DNA of 58,183 bases, taken from positions 1-58,183 of IMG/VR virus record IMGVR_UViG_3300032156_000010; one strand, 5' to 3'. Below are positions 17,275-27,061 of this stretch, piece by piece. The position numbers and the translations under genes were made by a program. The notes under the pieces were generated by a model. That model was not told the origin of the DNA, searched no databases, and saw only the letters and a list, made by a program, of their open reading frames with translations. Numbering within the stretch: the first letter of the stretch is position 1; the number at the start of each line of letters is the position of its first letter. Origin of the DNA: a virus. Lineage: Duplodnaviria; Caudoviricetes.

Positions 17275-18045
17275 ATGTTCACGGCATTAACCGGCGGCAA
17301 AGGTCGCCGGAAAATCAAAGACATCGACGCCGAGGAAATCTCGATCGTCGACCTCCCCGCTACCCGCAAAAAATTTTTTCTTCTCAAAAGGAGAACTCAA
17401 CTCATGGAGGAATTACTCGCACTACTCAAGTCCTTCTTGGGGGAGCTGCCCGAGGAGCTGGCGAAGGCTGCCAAAGGGATTCCCGAAGAGGTGATGAAGG
17501 CGTTGAAGGCGGCCCTCGGGACAATCGAAAAATACAAAGGCGAATTGCCCGACGATCTGATGGGCGCGTTGAAAACGCTGGCGAAATACGCCTCCGGCGG
17601 TTTCCCCGGCAAGAAACCCGGCGAGGGTGACGGCTCGGGAGACGGCGAGGGTGACGGCAAGGAACCGAAGAAAAAGGCCGGACGCCGGCTTTCCAAAGCC
17701 ACGGCCGAGGAGCTGTTCAAGGCGCTCGCCATTTTGAAGAGCCTGGTCGAAGAGGATAAGGACGAGGAGCTGAAGAAGAAGGTGGCCGACGGCGATCTGC
17801 CCGAGGACGTGCAGCTCCGGCTCGAGAAACTGGATGAGATCGAGGCCGCGGAAAAAGAGAAGCTGGAAAAGGCCTCCAAGGATCGCGTCGACAACCTCGA
17901 GAAAGACATCAAGGACCTCAAGGCCAAGCTCGAGGCCGCCGTGAAGAAACGGGGCGACTCCCAGCAAGCCAAGGGCACCGACGAGGGCAACGACAAGCCT
18001 GAAGTCGACAACTGGACCACGCTCAAGATCGGCTCCGACGATTAG
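17275..18045 (+). CDS. capsid scaffold protein with N-terminal protease-type EISIVDLPA motif
   Basis: RBS GGAG before ATG 17275; charged coiled coil; immediately upstream of capsid. Confidence 0.75.
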   Translation: MFTALTGGKGRRKIKDIDAEEISIVDLPATRKKFFLLKRRTQLMEELLALLKSFLGELPEELAKAAKGIPEEVMKALKAALGTIEKYKGELPDDLMGALKTLAKYASGGFPGKKPGEGDGSGDGEGDGKEPKKKAGRRLSKATAEELFKALAILKSLVEEDKDEELKKKVADGDLPEDVQLRLEKLDEIEAAEKEKLEKASKDRVDNLEKDIKDLKAKLEAAVKKRGDSQQAKGTDEGNDKPEVDNWTTLKIGSDD

Positions 18046-18080
18046 CTCCCGCCGTCACACTGTGAAGGAGAACACAACAC

Positions 18081-19187
18081 ATGATTAAATCCATCATGGA
18101 AAAACTGAGGGTTCGCAAGGCATACGACCTGGTCTCGCTGCCCAACATCCAATTCAGCCCCGAGGAGGCGGATCGGTTCATCACCTACATTGTCGAGGCC
18201 GGCGTTCTCAAAAATTTCGCCAGGATCGAACGGATGAATCGTCCGCAGAAGGACATCCCGGCCATCGGTTTCGGCACGGGCCGATTCCTGTATCCGGCCG
18301 GGCAGTTCAACGAGAGCAAATACAAAAAGGAATTTGCCTCGACCAAAATCCGGCTCGAAACTCAACACCTGCGGGGCGCCTTTCCGATTTTCGACAGCGA
18401 CCTGGAGGACCTGCCCGAGAACATGAGCGAAGCGGCCTACAAAGACGCCCTCATCAAACTCATCGCCCAAAAGATCGATCAGGAGATCGAGGCGGCTTTT
18501 TGGATCGGCGATACGGTGGGCCTCAACGGTTTTGCCGCCGACGACATCCGCAGCCTCTTTGACGGCTGGCGCTACCGGATCGTCAACTCGCAGATTGCCG
18601 GCCAGGCCTATTACAACCTGGTGGCCGGCGGCTCCCACGTGATCAACGCCTGCGAGGGCGGCCTTTCGGGATCCGATTTCGCGATTGCCGGAAAAATCGC
18701 CGAGCGGTTGGGCACGCCTCCCTACGACTGGGAGTTCAAGTACCACCAAATGCTCAAGGAAATGCCCGCCCGCTACAAAGCCGGGCTCGCGGATTTCCGT
18801 TTCTTGAACTCCGACCTGGTGACGCAGGACTATATCGGGGCCCTCGCCTCGCGCGGCACCACGCTGGGTGATGCCGTCATCACCGGCACCATCAAACCCG
18901 CTTTTGGGGCGGTACAGATCGTCGACGTGCCGCTCATGCCGACCGACCTGGGCGACCCGACCGCCACCCCCGACACGGATGGCGTTTTGGGCGCGGGCAA
19001 CTACACCGACGTTCTGCTGACGCTGAAAGACAATCTCATCGTCGGTTTTCAGCGGGATATTCGCATTGAGAGCCAGCGCGAGGCGGCCGACGAGGCGACC
19101 TACTTCTTCTACTCCATCCGGGTCGCGCTCGCCATCGAGAATCCTAACGCCATCGTCCTGCTCCGGTGCCTGGAGCACGCCTGCTAG
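18081..19187 (+). CDS. major capsid protein (XkdG-like, HK97 fold)
   Basis: SPEEADRFI, LFDGW, NLIVGFQRDIRIESQR, size and position. Confidence 0.9.
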   Translation: MIKSIMEKLRVRKAYDLVSLPNIQFSPEEADRFITYIVEAGVLKNFARIERMNRPQKDIPAIGFGTGRFLYPAGQFNESKYKKEFASTKIRLETQHLRGAFPIFDSDLEDLPENMSEAAYKDALIKLIAQKIDQEIEAAFWIGDTVGLNGFAADDIRSLFDGWRYRIVNSQIAGQAYYNLVAGGSHVINACEGGLSGSDFAIAGKIAERLGTPPYDWEFKYHQMLKEMPARYKAGLADFRFLNSDLVTQDYIGALASRGTTLGDAVITGTIKPAFGAVQIVDVPLMPTDLGDPTATPDTDGVLGAGNYTDVLLTLKDNLIVGFQRDIRIESQREAADEATYFFYSIRVALAIENPNAIVLLRCLEHAC

Positions 19188-19221
19188 GAGAGAGGCGCAA
19201 CGGTGACGGAAGCCTAACCTG

Positions 19222-19542
19222 ATGATTGTTCAAAATCACGGCCCACGGCGGACATTCCCGACACGGATTGGCGACCTTTATTTTGTGACGGGTGAGCGGC
19301 GAGAGATCGCCGACCTGGCGGTGGTGGAGGAGATTTCCCATTATCCAATGGTGACGATCGAAGACGCTCAGCCCGCACTTCCCGCGTTGCCGTCGATCCG
19401 CGCCGGGCTGTCCGCAGAGGGGTTCCGTGGTCTGACGCTCATGCAGCTCCGGGTTGAGGCGCGGCGCCTCGCCATCACGCTTCCGACGGGGGCGCGGAAG
19501 GCTAACGTCATCGCAATCCTCGAAAAGGAGATAAACACATGA
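19222..19542 (+). CDS. capsid-adjacent protein with Rho-N/HeH-like tail
   Basis: LTLMQLRVEARRLAI.....RKANVIAIL. Confidence 0.6.
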   Translation: MIVQNHGPRRTFPTRIGDLYFVTGERREIADLAVVEEISHYPMVTIEDAQPALPALPSIRAGLSAEGFRGLTLMQLRVEARRLAITLPTGARKANVIAILEKEINT

Positions 19543-20342
19543 ACGAAACTTTTGACACTGAACGGTTTCCTAAGGTTGGAGCGGACAGACAGCTCTATAT
19601 TCGTGACATCGAGTTCGCCAACCTTCACATCAATCACGACAAGATGGATCTCCTGTGTAACTACCTGGACCTGGCTCAAGCGTTCCGGGTGGAGGAGGAC
19701 TTCAGTTATCTTGACACCGGCCACTGGACCATCGTCTACACGGGAGGGAACGGCTCGGCGACCATTATCGACTGGCCCTGCGGCTTGGCTGAGTTCGTGC
19801 CCGACGTCCACGCCGGCGATGACGTCGAGGTATTCACCCCCGCCCAGGTTTTCGAACTCCATTCCGGCTATCCGGCCTACTTCGAGATCAGAGGCAAGAT
19901 TTGGGGTTTTAGTGACTGTGACTTTTGGTTCGGCCTGGTGGACGCCGGGTTCTTCGCCGGCGCCTACACCAACTGCGTCATCTGGAAAAAGGACGACGGC
20001 GACACCGAACTGGATTACCTGTGCACGACCCCCGACGGCACGACCGCCGGAACGGCCGACGTCGACATCATCGGCGGGGACGAGGTCTTCGGCCGCCTCG
20101 GAATTTATTGGGACGGCAAAGGCAACGTGGCCTTCATCGGGCTGGCCGACGGGGATTGGCCGGAGGCCGTGGTGTTTGTCCACGTGGTGTCCGCCTTCAT
20201 TCCCACGGACATCACTATGTACCTAGGCTTCGGTTTCCAAATCGGCGCTCTCGCCGGGGCCAATGCTCTGTACGTGGACTACGTGAAAGGCGTTCAGCGC
20301 CGGCTGCTGTATGAATACGAGGTGCCGCGCAAACCGCAGTAA
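19539..20342 (+). CDS. beta-rich virion (head decoration-like) protein
   Basis: Acidic, aromatic beta-sandwich-like composition; YVDYV C-terminus; RBS AAGGAG. Confidence 0.55.
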   Translation: MNETFDTERFPKVGADRQLYIRDIEFANLHINHDKMDLLCNYLDLAQAFRVEEDFSYLDTGHWTIVYTGGNGSATIIDWPCGLAEFVPDVHAGDDVEVFTPAQVFELHSGYPAYFEIRGKIWGFSDCDFWFGLVDAGFFAGAYTNCVIWKKDDGDTELDYLCTTPDGTTAGTADVDIIGGDEVFGRLGIYWDGKGNVAFIGLADGDWPEAVVFVHVVSAFIPTDITMYLGFGFQIGALAGANALYVDYVKGVQRRLLYEYEVPRKPQ

Positions 20343-20484
20343 ACCGCTGGTACCTTCCGCGAGGGAGTCACGCTTTACTTTTGAACGATGAAGGGAGCCG
20401 GGGTGAACGGCTGAGAAAGCCAAGCAGCTCCGGCTCCTTATTTCACGCCTAGCGTCCAGCCCGTCGGGGCTGAGGGAGGGATCG

Positions 20485-21108
20485 ATGGGTTATAACGGAA
20501 ACTATATCTCCGACACCGACATCACCTGGCCTTCCGGCATATCGGCCGCCGAGAAGCAGGAGATCATCGAGACGGCCGAAGCCGTCCTCGAACACGCCCT
20601 GGCCTGGCGCCCCCGCTTCAGTCATTTCGATATTCGGATGGACGGCAACAGCAAAAACCGGATCATCCTCCCCCTGCGAGAGCGGATCATTGAGGTCTCC
20701 GACGTCTACGTCAACGCTCAAAAACTCGAACCGACCTGGTGGACCCACGATCTGTGCTCCGTCTATCTTGACGCTTGGAGCTCCAACGCCGCTCTTCCCT
20801 CCGATCCCGAGCTCGACCGCCTGTTGAGCGAGAGGGACGGCGGGATCTTCGTCCGCGGTTACAATAACATTCGCATTGTCGGCACCTGCGGAGTGAGTGC
20901 CGTGCCGGCCTGGGCCCGCCGGGCCGTCCGCATGATTGTCGACGCGATGAACGATCCCACGGCCTATACCATCTACCACACGGGCGGCGAGACGATCGGA
21001 CGCTATTCCTACAACAGCCCGGCCGGGGCCTGTAAGACGGGCATTCGGGAAGTTGACGAGCTGCTGAAGCTCTTTGTCCGGAAGAAACCGATCCTCATGG
21101 CCCCATGA
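20485..21108 (+). CDS. head-tail adaptor/connector
   Basis: RGYNNIRIVGTCG..VPAW, ETIGRYSY, TGIREVDELL. Confidence 0.75.
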   Translation: MGYNGNYISDTDITWPSGISAAEKQEIIETAEAVLEHALAWRPRFSHFDIRMDGNSKNRIILPLRERIIEVSDVYVNAQKLEPTWWTHDLCSVYLDAWSSNAALPSDPELDRLLSERDGGIFVRGYNNIRIVGTCGVSAVPAWARRAVRMIVDAMNDPTAYTIYHTGGETIGRYSYNSPAGACKTGIREVDELLKLFVRKKPILMAP

Positions 21109-21863
21109 CGATTGCCAAGCGGGCCTTCCCCTTCCAGACTAAACGACGGGAGCTCCGTGATCCTGACCAGGATCCTAATTTTGGAACGCCCGACTGGGGC
21201 AATCGTCACGTCGCCGAGGTATTGCCACAGGGCTGTTGGACCGGCCATCCGTGCGTCATCGTGGGAGGCGGGCCGAGCTTCGAGGCGTTCGACGCCTTTC
21301 GGCTCAAGGGCTGGCGCACGATCGGTGTCAACCGAGCCTTCATTCGTTTCGAACCGACGATCGTTTTTTCCATGGACACTCGCTATTTGAATTGGCTTTT
21401 GGCCGGACAATACGGCGTCTCCGAAAAACTCCATTTTTTGACCCTTCGTTCCTACCGCGTATGGCACCTCGTGAGGCCGGCCACCTTGCCGGGCGAATAC
21501 TATTACGCGCAGGGCTATCGCGGGGCCATCAATGCGCTTGATTCCGTGAGTCTGCGCCTCGAGGAGGGGCTGGGGACGGGAGCTAATTCCGGCTACGGGG
21601 CGTTGAACCTGGCGGTGTTGTTGGGGGCCGCCCCGATTTATTTACTGGGCTTCGACTGTAGCCATACACCGAACGGCCGCACTCACTGGCACGCGGGTCA
21701 TCCGGTGTCTCAAACTCAACGCCATCTTAACGCCTTCATTTCGCATTTCACGGCCGCCGCCCGGGAGTTCAAACGCCTGGCCCGCGGTCCGATCATCAAT
21801 CTAAGCCGCGGAACCGCCCTGCGGTGCTTCGATCTGGGCGACCCCGAGGAGGTATTCCAGTGA
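21105..21863 (+). CDS. DUF115/MptE-like (GT-associated Rossmann) protein
   Basis: CVIVGGGPS, TIGVN, NSGYGALNLAVLLGAAPIYLLGFDC. Confidence 0.75.
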   Translation: MTIAKRAFPFQTKRRELRDPDQDPNFGTPDWGNRHVAEVLPQGCWTGHPCVIVGGGPSFEAFDAFRLKGWRTIGVNRAFIRFEPTIVFSMDTRYLNWLLAGQYGVSEKLHFLTLRSYRVWHLVRPATLPGEYYYAQGYRGAINALDSVSLRLEEGLGTGANSGYGALNLAVLLGAAPIYLLGFDCSHTPNGRTHWHAGHPVSQTQRHLNAFISHFTAAAREFKRLARGPIINLSRGTALRCFDLGDPEEVFQ

Positions 21864-22213
21864 TCTCAGGCAAAGTGTGGGGCACGACAATGCCTATTTT
21901 TCAGACACCTTTCGTCAAATCCTTCGGGCTAAAAATCAAGGCCGGGGGCTTCTCCTCCGAACACCGTCATCGCTACCGCTCCAACTATTTTTTTATCGCC
22001 ACGGGGCGACTGCGGGTGTTGACCTGGATGGAGAAGGGAAAGGCGCCGGACGTGATCGAGCTCAGACCATTCGAATCGACCTGCGTCCCGCCTGGCCTGT
22101 GGCATAAATTCGAAGCCCTCGAGGCATCGATCGTCGTGGAGTCCTACGTCGGGATGGAAGCGGACAACGGCGACATCGAACGCCGCACTCGCGGCGGGCT
22201 TGGAAAAGGATGA
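21860..22213 (+). CDS. cupin (sugar isomerase-like)
   Basis: GKVWG, SSEHRH, VPPGLWHKFEALE, DIER. Confidence 0.8.
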   Translation: MISGKVWGTTMPIFQTPFVKSFGLKIKAGGFSSEHRHRYRSNYFFIATGRLRVLTWMEKGKAPDVIELRPFESTCVPPGLWHKFEALEASIVVESYVGMEADNGDIERRTRGGLGKG

Positions 22214-22337
22214 TGGGCGAGGTGAGGGGCGGGAGGAGCATGGGCCGAGTTCCGACGTTTTGGACGCGACGGGAAAGCCCTCCCTCACGGCTTGTGCGCC
22301 CGCCTCTCACCACGCCTTTCCACCGTGGAGCCCGGCC

Positions 22338-23246
22338 ATGAAGGTGGCGCTCTATAGCCGGACACCGCTGGCGGCCGCCCCGCTTGAGATCTGGAAGGCA
22401 CTCGAGCGATATGGCGTCGGCATCGAAACTTCGCTCATCAACAGGACGCTCGGCTATAGAGACGGCCGACGATTCCCCGGGCATCTCCTGGCCTCTAACG
22501 CCGATGCCGCAAGGGCATTAAAAGGGGCTGACCTGTGGCACGTTCACAATTATTGGGATCGGGAACCGCTTGACGCGCTTCTCGCTCGATACGGGCGCCC
22601 CGTGGTGGCCCAATTCCATTCCGTCCCAAGGCTGGGCAACTGGGCCGAACTCCAATCGAAGGCAAAAATCAGTTACACAATTCGACAGCCTTTACAGGCC
22701 AGGGAGTACGCGCCCTTTATGACAATGCCCAACCTTGTCGATGCTGACGAGCGCCGGCCCGCCCGTCGATCGATGGAGGGCCCCGTGCGAATTGCCTTCG
22801 CTCCCTCGACCCAAGCCCCGGTCGGACATCCGGCGTCGAAAGGCCGGGCGGAGGTGTTGGCGATCTTGAAGACCGTTGCCGCCGAGCGGGCCGTGGAGGT
22901 GGTGCTGATCGAGGGCGTTCCCTACGAGGAAAACCTGAAACTCAAGCGATCGGCTCACATCCTGGTGGACGACGTGGTGACGGGCAACTGGCATCGCACC
23001 TCCCTCGAGGGCGCCTGCTTCGCCTGTGCCGTCCTCAATGCCGCCCGACAACAGGGCGCCGCCTGGCCGTGGGTCCATGCGACGCTCGCCTCGCTCCGCG
23101 CCAAGCTTCTGCAGCTTATCGACGATCGTCCGCTATTGATCAGGGTGCAGGAAATGACCCGCGCCTGGATTCTCGGTTCCGAGTTTCATGCCCTCGAGGG
23201 CGTCAAGGAATATGTCAAAGCCTATCAGGAGGTGCTAAGTGCGTGA
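22338..23246 (+). CDS. GT-B glycosyltransferase-like protein
   Basis: ADLWHVHN, RIAFAPS, SKG, AHILVDD, SLEG. Confidence 0.7.
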   Translation: MKVALYSRTPLAAAPLEIWKALERYGVGIETSLINRTLGYRDGRRFPGHLLASNADAARALKGADLWHVHNYWDREPLDALLARYGRPVVAQFHSVPRLGNWAELQSKAKISYTIRQPLQAREYAPFMTMPNLVDADERRPARRSMEGPVRIAFAPSTQAPVGHPASKGRAEVLAILKTVAAERAVEVVLIEGVPYEENLKLKRSAHILVDDVVTGNWHRTSLEGACFACAVLNAARQQGAAWPWVHATLASLRAKLLQLIDDRPLLIRVQEMTRAWILGSEFHALEGVKEYVKAYQEVLSA

Positions 23247-23919
23247 GATCACCGTCATCATCGCTACGCGCGGGCGACTCGAAAAGTTGCGCCGGACATT
23301 GGTCTCCATCCCGCTCCAAGCAAACGGCGCGGCCGTACATGTCGCCGTCGCCTGCGACGCGGACGAAGCGACGTTCCATGAGCTCGGGAAGCAGGGACTC
23401 CGCCGCGCTGGCGAAGTCGATGAACTTGTATTAATCCCGGAGCAGCGGGGGGCCGTCTATTGCCGGAACCGCCTGGCGGAGAACGTGAGGGACGCGGTGT
23501 TGTGGGCTACCGATGACATTGTCTTCAAACCTCGATCGATCGAAGCCGCCGCCGAAAGCCTCTCCCGCCGCTTCACCGAGGAGGACGGGGTTGTGGGTTT
23601 CAATCAGGTGAATCACAAGCATTTCAACCCGACGGGCGTTGGGATTATGGGCCAGGCGTTTCTTCTTCGTTATCCCGAGAAGCACCTATTTTTTCCCGGC
23701 TACTTTCATTTCGCTTGTCAGGAGATTCACTGGTTAGCCACGAGGTTGGGAAAATTTCATTTTGAGCCGATGGCGCGGCTTGTCCACCACCATCCGTCGG
23801 AACGGGAATTTCGAGAGGAGATGGATCAGACGCACGCTGATGCCCGAATTTTCAAGAGCCGCGACATGGCACTCCTCGCCCAGCGTACCGAAGCGGGCGA
23901 GGCATGGGGGGCGGAATGA
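23239..23919 (+). CDS. GT2 (GT-A) glycosyltransferase
   Basis: ITVIIATRGR, ATDD, HHHP. Confidence 0.8.
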   Translation: MREITVIIATRGRLEKLRRTLVSIPLQANGAAVHVAVACDADEATFHELGKQGLRRAGEVDELVLIPEQRGAVYCRNRLAENVRDAVLWATDDIVFKPRSIEAAAESLSRRFTEEDGVVGFNQVNHKHFNPTGVGIMGQAFLLRYPEKHLFFPGYFHFACQEIHWLATRLGKFHFEPMARLVHHHPSEREFREEMDQTHADARIFKSRDMALLAQRTEAGEAWGAE

Positions 23920-23952
23920 ACCTGGCCGGGGCGGAGAGGGCCGAGATCAGGG

Positions 23953-24807
23953 GTGGAAATGCCCTGCGATATGCACCAGGTGCATCCTGCTGGGTCAATA
24001 CGGGTGGGCCTTATAAGGACGCCGGAAAGGGCGATCGAGGCTGACGTGGGCAAATTCCCGCCCCGTGTCCGGTTCGTCGTTGAGACGTTCCTGGCCTACG
24101 ACCGGCCCACTCAAACGCCCTCTCCCGAATGGGTTCAATTCCGGCTTCGTTGGTTTGTCGATCACACGCTCCGCTCCCTCCGGGCTCAGACCTGGCGGGA
24201 GTTTGAGATCTTCGTACAGACCGGAGAACGATATCGGGATCTCGTCAACGCTTTCGCCTGGCCGGACGATGTGAGGGTGTGCCGGCAGCGCGGCCGGGAG
24301 GCATATCAGGAGGGGCTGGGGCGTTACGATTTTCTCTCCATGACCCGTATTGATAGCGACGACCTTTTCCGGCAAGATGCCATGGATGAGGTGCGGGCGG
24401 CGGTCCTGTCTCGGCTGCCCGTCAAGGAACGCACGGTATTGGTCTTTCCGGCCCGATCGGTTTGGGATGCGATGAATGGGCTGATCATCGGCCCCCATAC
24501 CCGGCCCTCGAGTCCGTTCTTCACCCATATTTTTCCCTACTCTATGGTAGCCGACTGGCCCGCGTTCCAGGCGGCTCACTTCTGTGGGCACGGTTCGGGC
24601 GGAGCCGGCGACCGTGGAGCGATGCACCTATCGCGAGATAAAGTGATGGTCGTCAAGCATGGATGGAATTGGTCGAATCTTAAACGCGGCAAAAGCTGGC
24701 CGAAGAAGGCGGCCGATCTCGAAAAGCTCCAGGCCCAATTTCCCGGCGTTGAGGTGACGTGTGACCCGGCCAGGATCGCGGCGATCCTTTCGGAGTATGG
24801 ACAATGA
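23953..24807 (+). CDS. GT-A glycosyltransferase (putative rhamnosyltransferase-like)
   Basis: W..FR..WF...TLRSLRAQT..EF, TRIDSDD. Confidence 0.75.
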   Translation: MEMPCDMHQVHPAGSIRVGLIRTPERAIEADVGKFPPRVRFVVETFLAYDRPTQTPSPEWVQFRLRWFVDHTLRSLRAQTWREFEIFVQTGERYRDLVNAFAWPDDVRVCRQRGREAYQEGLGRYDFLSMTRIDSDDLFRQDAMDEVRAAVLSRLPVKERTVLVFPARSVWDAMNGLIIGPHTRPSSPFFTHIFPYSMVADWPAFQAAHFCGHGSGGAGDRGAMHLSRDKVMVVKHGWNWSNLKRGKSWPKKAADLEKLQAQFPGVEVTCDPARIAAILSEYGQ

Positions 24808-25487
24808 TTAGTGAGAAGACATTTTCGGTTCTGATCACCACTCGTGCGCCCGAACGGCGGACGACAATCGGGGAGGTGGTCGGGGCCTGGGCCGCGCAGA
24901 CGGCCGATCAAGTATGGCTTCTCAATTGCGGCGCCCCGCTGCCGGCCATGAAGGGGGCCAGGGTTTTTAACCTCCCCGTCGATCCCGGCACTCGCACCGA
25001 CTATTCGATGGCCTTATTGACGACGGGGGATTTCGTGGTACTAGCCGACGACGACGTGGTCGTGGGCCATGGCTTCCTCGAGGCCTTATTTCAAGGTTGG
25101 CAGGAGGCCGGAGCGAGGGGCCTGGTGGGAATCATAGGCCGAACGTTCCAGGGTTCTACCTATTGGGGGGAGACCACTTTTTTCCGCGCCTCGCTTCTCG
25201 ATCGACCCGTGAGAGTGGGTTTTGTCGGCGTGGTGATCCTGGCGCCGCGCGAGCTGATGGCTTTTGACGCTCGGGGATGCCCGAGAAATTGCGATGACCT
25301 GTGGCTGGCGATGAAGACGTGGCCGGACGAGCCGAAACACGTGGTGCCCGTCCATCCCTACCGCAATCTGGCGGAAGCGAAGGGCAAGTCGGCCATGTAC
25401 CGTGATCCCGCGCTCCGTGAGCAACGGCAGCAATTCTACGGCGATCACTATCTCAAAACCTATGCGCCAGCGGGAAGGAAATTCTAG
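24804..25487 (+). CDS. GT2 (GT-A) glycosyltransferase
   Basis: FSVLITT, VVLADDD, CDDLWL. Confidence 0.78.
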   Translation: MISEKTFSVLITTRAPERRTTIGEVVGAWAAQTADQVWLLNCGAPLPAMKGARVFNLPVDPGTRTDYSMALLTTGDFVVLADDDVVVGHGFLEALFQGWQEAGARGLVGIIGRTFQGSTYWGETTFFRASLLDRPVRVGFVGVVILAPRELMAFDARGCPRNCDDLWLAMKTWPDEPKHVVPVHPYRNLAEAKGKSAMYRDPALREQRQQFYGDHYLKTYAPAGRKF

Positions 25488-25488
25488 C

Positions 25489-26031
25489 ATGGTGGATCTG
25501 AAGGTGGCCGCGGTGATCGTTGAAACGATCGTCGGGATTATGGCCGAGGCTGAGATCCCGGTTTTTTTGACGCTTGGCACGGCCCTCGGTGCCTGGCGGC
25601 ATGGCGATTTCCTGCCTCACGATCTCGACATCGACCTAGGATTCCTGGCCGAGGACGGGAAGGCGGCCCGCCTCATCCTCGCCGCCGGAGCATTCATGAG
25701 GGCGGGATTTGTGACGAAAGCGTTGACGACGGGCATGGGTTTCAAGCTCTCCCGCTCCCCGTTCCATGCCGATCTGCCTCCCTATGTATTGGAGGGGAAA
25801 GCGCGAGTAGTCTACTCGAATAATAAAACGAAAAATAAAAGGCATTACAAGTTGGTCTATCCGGCAACGCTATTCGAGCACATGGAGACGGTTAGGCTAG
25901 GAGGTCACCGCTATCTCGCGCCGATGCCCATTGAGACCTACCTACGTCGACAATACGGGCCGACCTATGCCGTGCCGGATCCGGAGTGGAAAGCGCAGTG
26001 GAGCCCGGCGCGGGTATATCTAAAGCCATGA
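25489..26031 (+). CDS. licD: LicD-family phosphotransferase
   Basis: GTALGAWRHGDFLPHDLDIDLG, P...ETYLRRQYG. Confidence 0.88.
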   Translation: MVDLKVAAVIVETIVGIMAEAEIPVFLTLGTALGAWRHGDFLPHDLDIDLGFLAEDGKAARLILAAGAFMRAGFVTKALTTGMGFKLSRSPFHADLPPYVLEGKARVVYSNNKTKNKRHYKLVYPATLFEHMETVRLGGHRYLAPMPIETYLRRQYGPTYAVPDPEWKAQWSPARVYLKP

Positions 26032-26486
26032 ACACGGACAAGTTGAAGGACCTGGCTCATCCCCGCGTTCTGGTGGTCGGGTGTTTTGATTTATTCCATC
26101 GCGGCCACCTGGCACTCCTCGAGCGGGCTCGCCGTTGCGGCGTCTCGCTCATTGTGGGCGTGGTGACGGATGAATTTCGCGCCAAGACGAAAGGCGCGGA
26201 ACCCATCATTCCGTTTTCCGATCGGGCGATAATCCTGGCCGGCCTCCGGTGTGTCGACGCGGTAGTCGAGGTGCGAGAGCCTGACTTCCGCCCTCTGATC
26301 AAGGAATATGGGATCGATGTTTTCGTTCACTCGCCCGAACACCGCGAGATCCGCTTTCTCGAGGCAACCGACGTTATCCGCCGCCGCGGAGGTCACGTGG
26401 TGTTGTTATCGAGGACGCCCGATATTTCATCGACGATGATCAGACGGAGGATCGTCGAGACATGGAACGAAGGGAGGGTGGAATGA
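26028..26486 (+). CDS. cytidylyltransferase (TagD-like)
   Basis: GCFDLFHRGH, LIVGV.TD, RTPDISST. Confidence 0.9.
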   Translation: MNTDKLKDLAHPRVLVVGCFDLFHRGHLALLERARRCGVSLIVGVVTDEFRAKTKGAEPIIPFSDRAIILAGLRCVDAVVEVREPDFRPLIKEYGIDVFVHSPEHREIRFLEATDVIRRRGGHVVLLSRTPDISSTMIRRRIVETWNEGRVE

Positions 26487-27061
26487 AAATGACCGCTGAC
26501 GATTACATCCGAAAACATTGGGAGCCGCGCCGGGTCTGGACGCACCTTGAGTGGCCGAAACACCGCAACCGTTTCGCCCGCATCGCGACCATGCTCAACG
26601 GGCCTAGTAAGTCGGGCCTCTACGTGGACGTCGGCTGCTGCTTCGGCCATTCAACATACCACCTGGCTCGCCTTCAAACGGGGACGTGGCATGGTGTCGA
26701 CTTTTCTCTCCGGGCCGTGGACATGGCGAAGACCTTTTTCCCGAAACTCAATTTTATCTTTTGCTCCGGTTTCGACGACTTGGCTCTCCTCGGGCCCTAC
26801 GATGGTGTCGTGTGCTCGGAAGTTATCGAGCACGTTGAGGACGATGCAGGATTAGCCCAGGCGCTGGCTATCATAACGCGCGGGAAGCTCGTCGTCACGA
26901 CGCCGGCGGTGCGGGTGAACGATCCGGGTCACCTCCGCGTTTATAACGAGGCATCGTTAGCCGCCCTTTTCAAAGACCTGGGGCTCCAAGTCTTGACCTC
27001 GATCCATGGGCCGTTTATTTATCTCCAAGGCTGGATGCCGCCAGCCGAGGCGGGAGAATGA
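26483..27061 (+). CDS. class I SAM-dependent methyltransferase
   Basis: VDVGCCFG, GVDFS, YDGVVCSEVIEH, VTTP. Confidence 0.88.
   Translation: MKMTADDYIRKHWEPRRVWTHLEWPKHRNRFARIATMLNGPSKSGLYVDVGCCFGHSTYHLARLQTGTWHGVDFSLRAVDMAKTFFPKLNFIFCSGFDDLALLGPYDGVVCSEVIEHVEDDAGLAQALAIITRGKLVVTTPAVRVNDPGHLRVYNEASLAALFKDLGLQVLTSIHGPFIYLQGWMPPAEAGE

Noticed and set aside
20388-20445. SRP-like or riboswitch RNA after the head genes
   Set aside because: Long hairpin GGAGCCGGGG/CTCCGGCTCC lacks the SRP CAGG/AGCA loop; more simply a terminator or stabilising hairpin
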